Below are positions 31,947 through 32,000 of a stretch of DNA of 32,000 nt, in pieces. The notes under the pieces are model-generated. The model worked only from the letters and a program-made list of their open reading frames with translations. It made no database searches and was not told the origin of the DNA. Location of the stretch: contig NC_008789.1 of assembly GCF_000015585.1 (NCBI RefSeq), positions 1,920,001-1,952,000 on the forward strand, in the 5' to 3' direction. Every line of letters starts with the position of its first letter. The stretch's first letter is position 1. A program made the position numbers and the translations under genes. This DNA comes from Halorhodospira halophila SL1. Its GTDB lineage: Bacteria; Pseudomonadota; Gammaproteobacteria; Nitrococcales; Halorhodospiraceae.

Positions 31947-32000
31947 CCATGGAGTCGTCAAGCCGCGCCCTGCGGCGCGTGAACGCGGGTATTCTACCGG

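Overview
This is a high-GC, densely packed segment of a gammaproteobacterial core chromosome. Every gene but one is on the minus strand. In transcription order (high to low coordinates) it holds carA-carB-greA, a 4-TM conserved hypothetical, yhbY (the only plus-strand gene) and rlmE-ftsH-folP-glmM-tpiA-secG. These are followed by tRNA-Leu(GAG), the complete 14-gene complex I operon nuoA-N (nuoC and nuoD unfused), an initiator tRNA-fMet (metY-like) and rimP-nusA-infB. infB runs off the window start and is missing from the ORF track, so I translated it by hand. Gene order matches the carAB-greA...secG-tRNALeu-tRNAMet-rimP-nusA-infB arrangement I recall from Pseudomonas and E. coli. The nuo operon next to tpiA-secG-tRNA-Leu is also seen in several other proteobacteria. 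Acidic tails on SecG and FtsH and the composition suggest a halophilic Ectothiorhodospiraceae-like organism, but that is a low-confidence inference. Several ORF-track starts are too long (rimP, nuoJ, nuoE, nuoD, nuoA, tpiA, rlmE, greA, carA), and I re-called them from homolog N-termini and SD spacing. I see no mobile element, CRISPR array, defence island or unexplained multi-gene system; the window is essentially all housekeeping genes. The observations worth a second look are modest. They are a possible unannotated 2-TM small ORF in the rlmE/yhbY gap and a stacked-terminator leader ahead of rimP-nusA-infB. There is also a terminator or attenuator hairpin ahead of a TTG-initiated carA, and an initiator tRNA with a U1-U72 rather than C1-A72 mismatch. 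All large plus-strand ORFs are antisense shadow ORFs typical of high-GC DNA.
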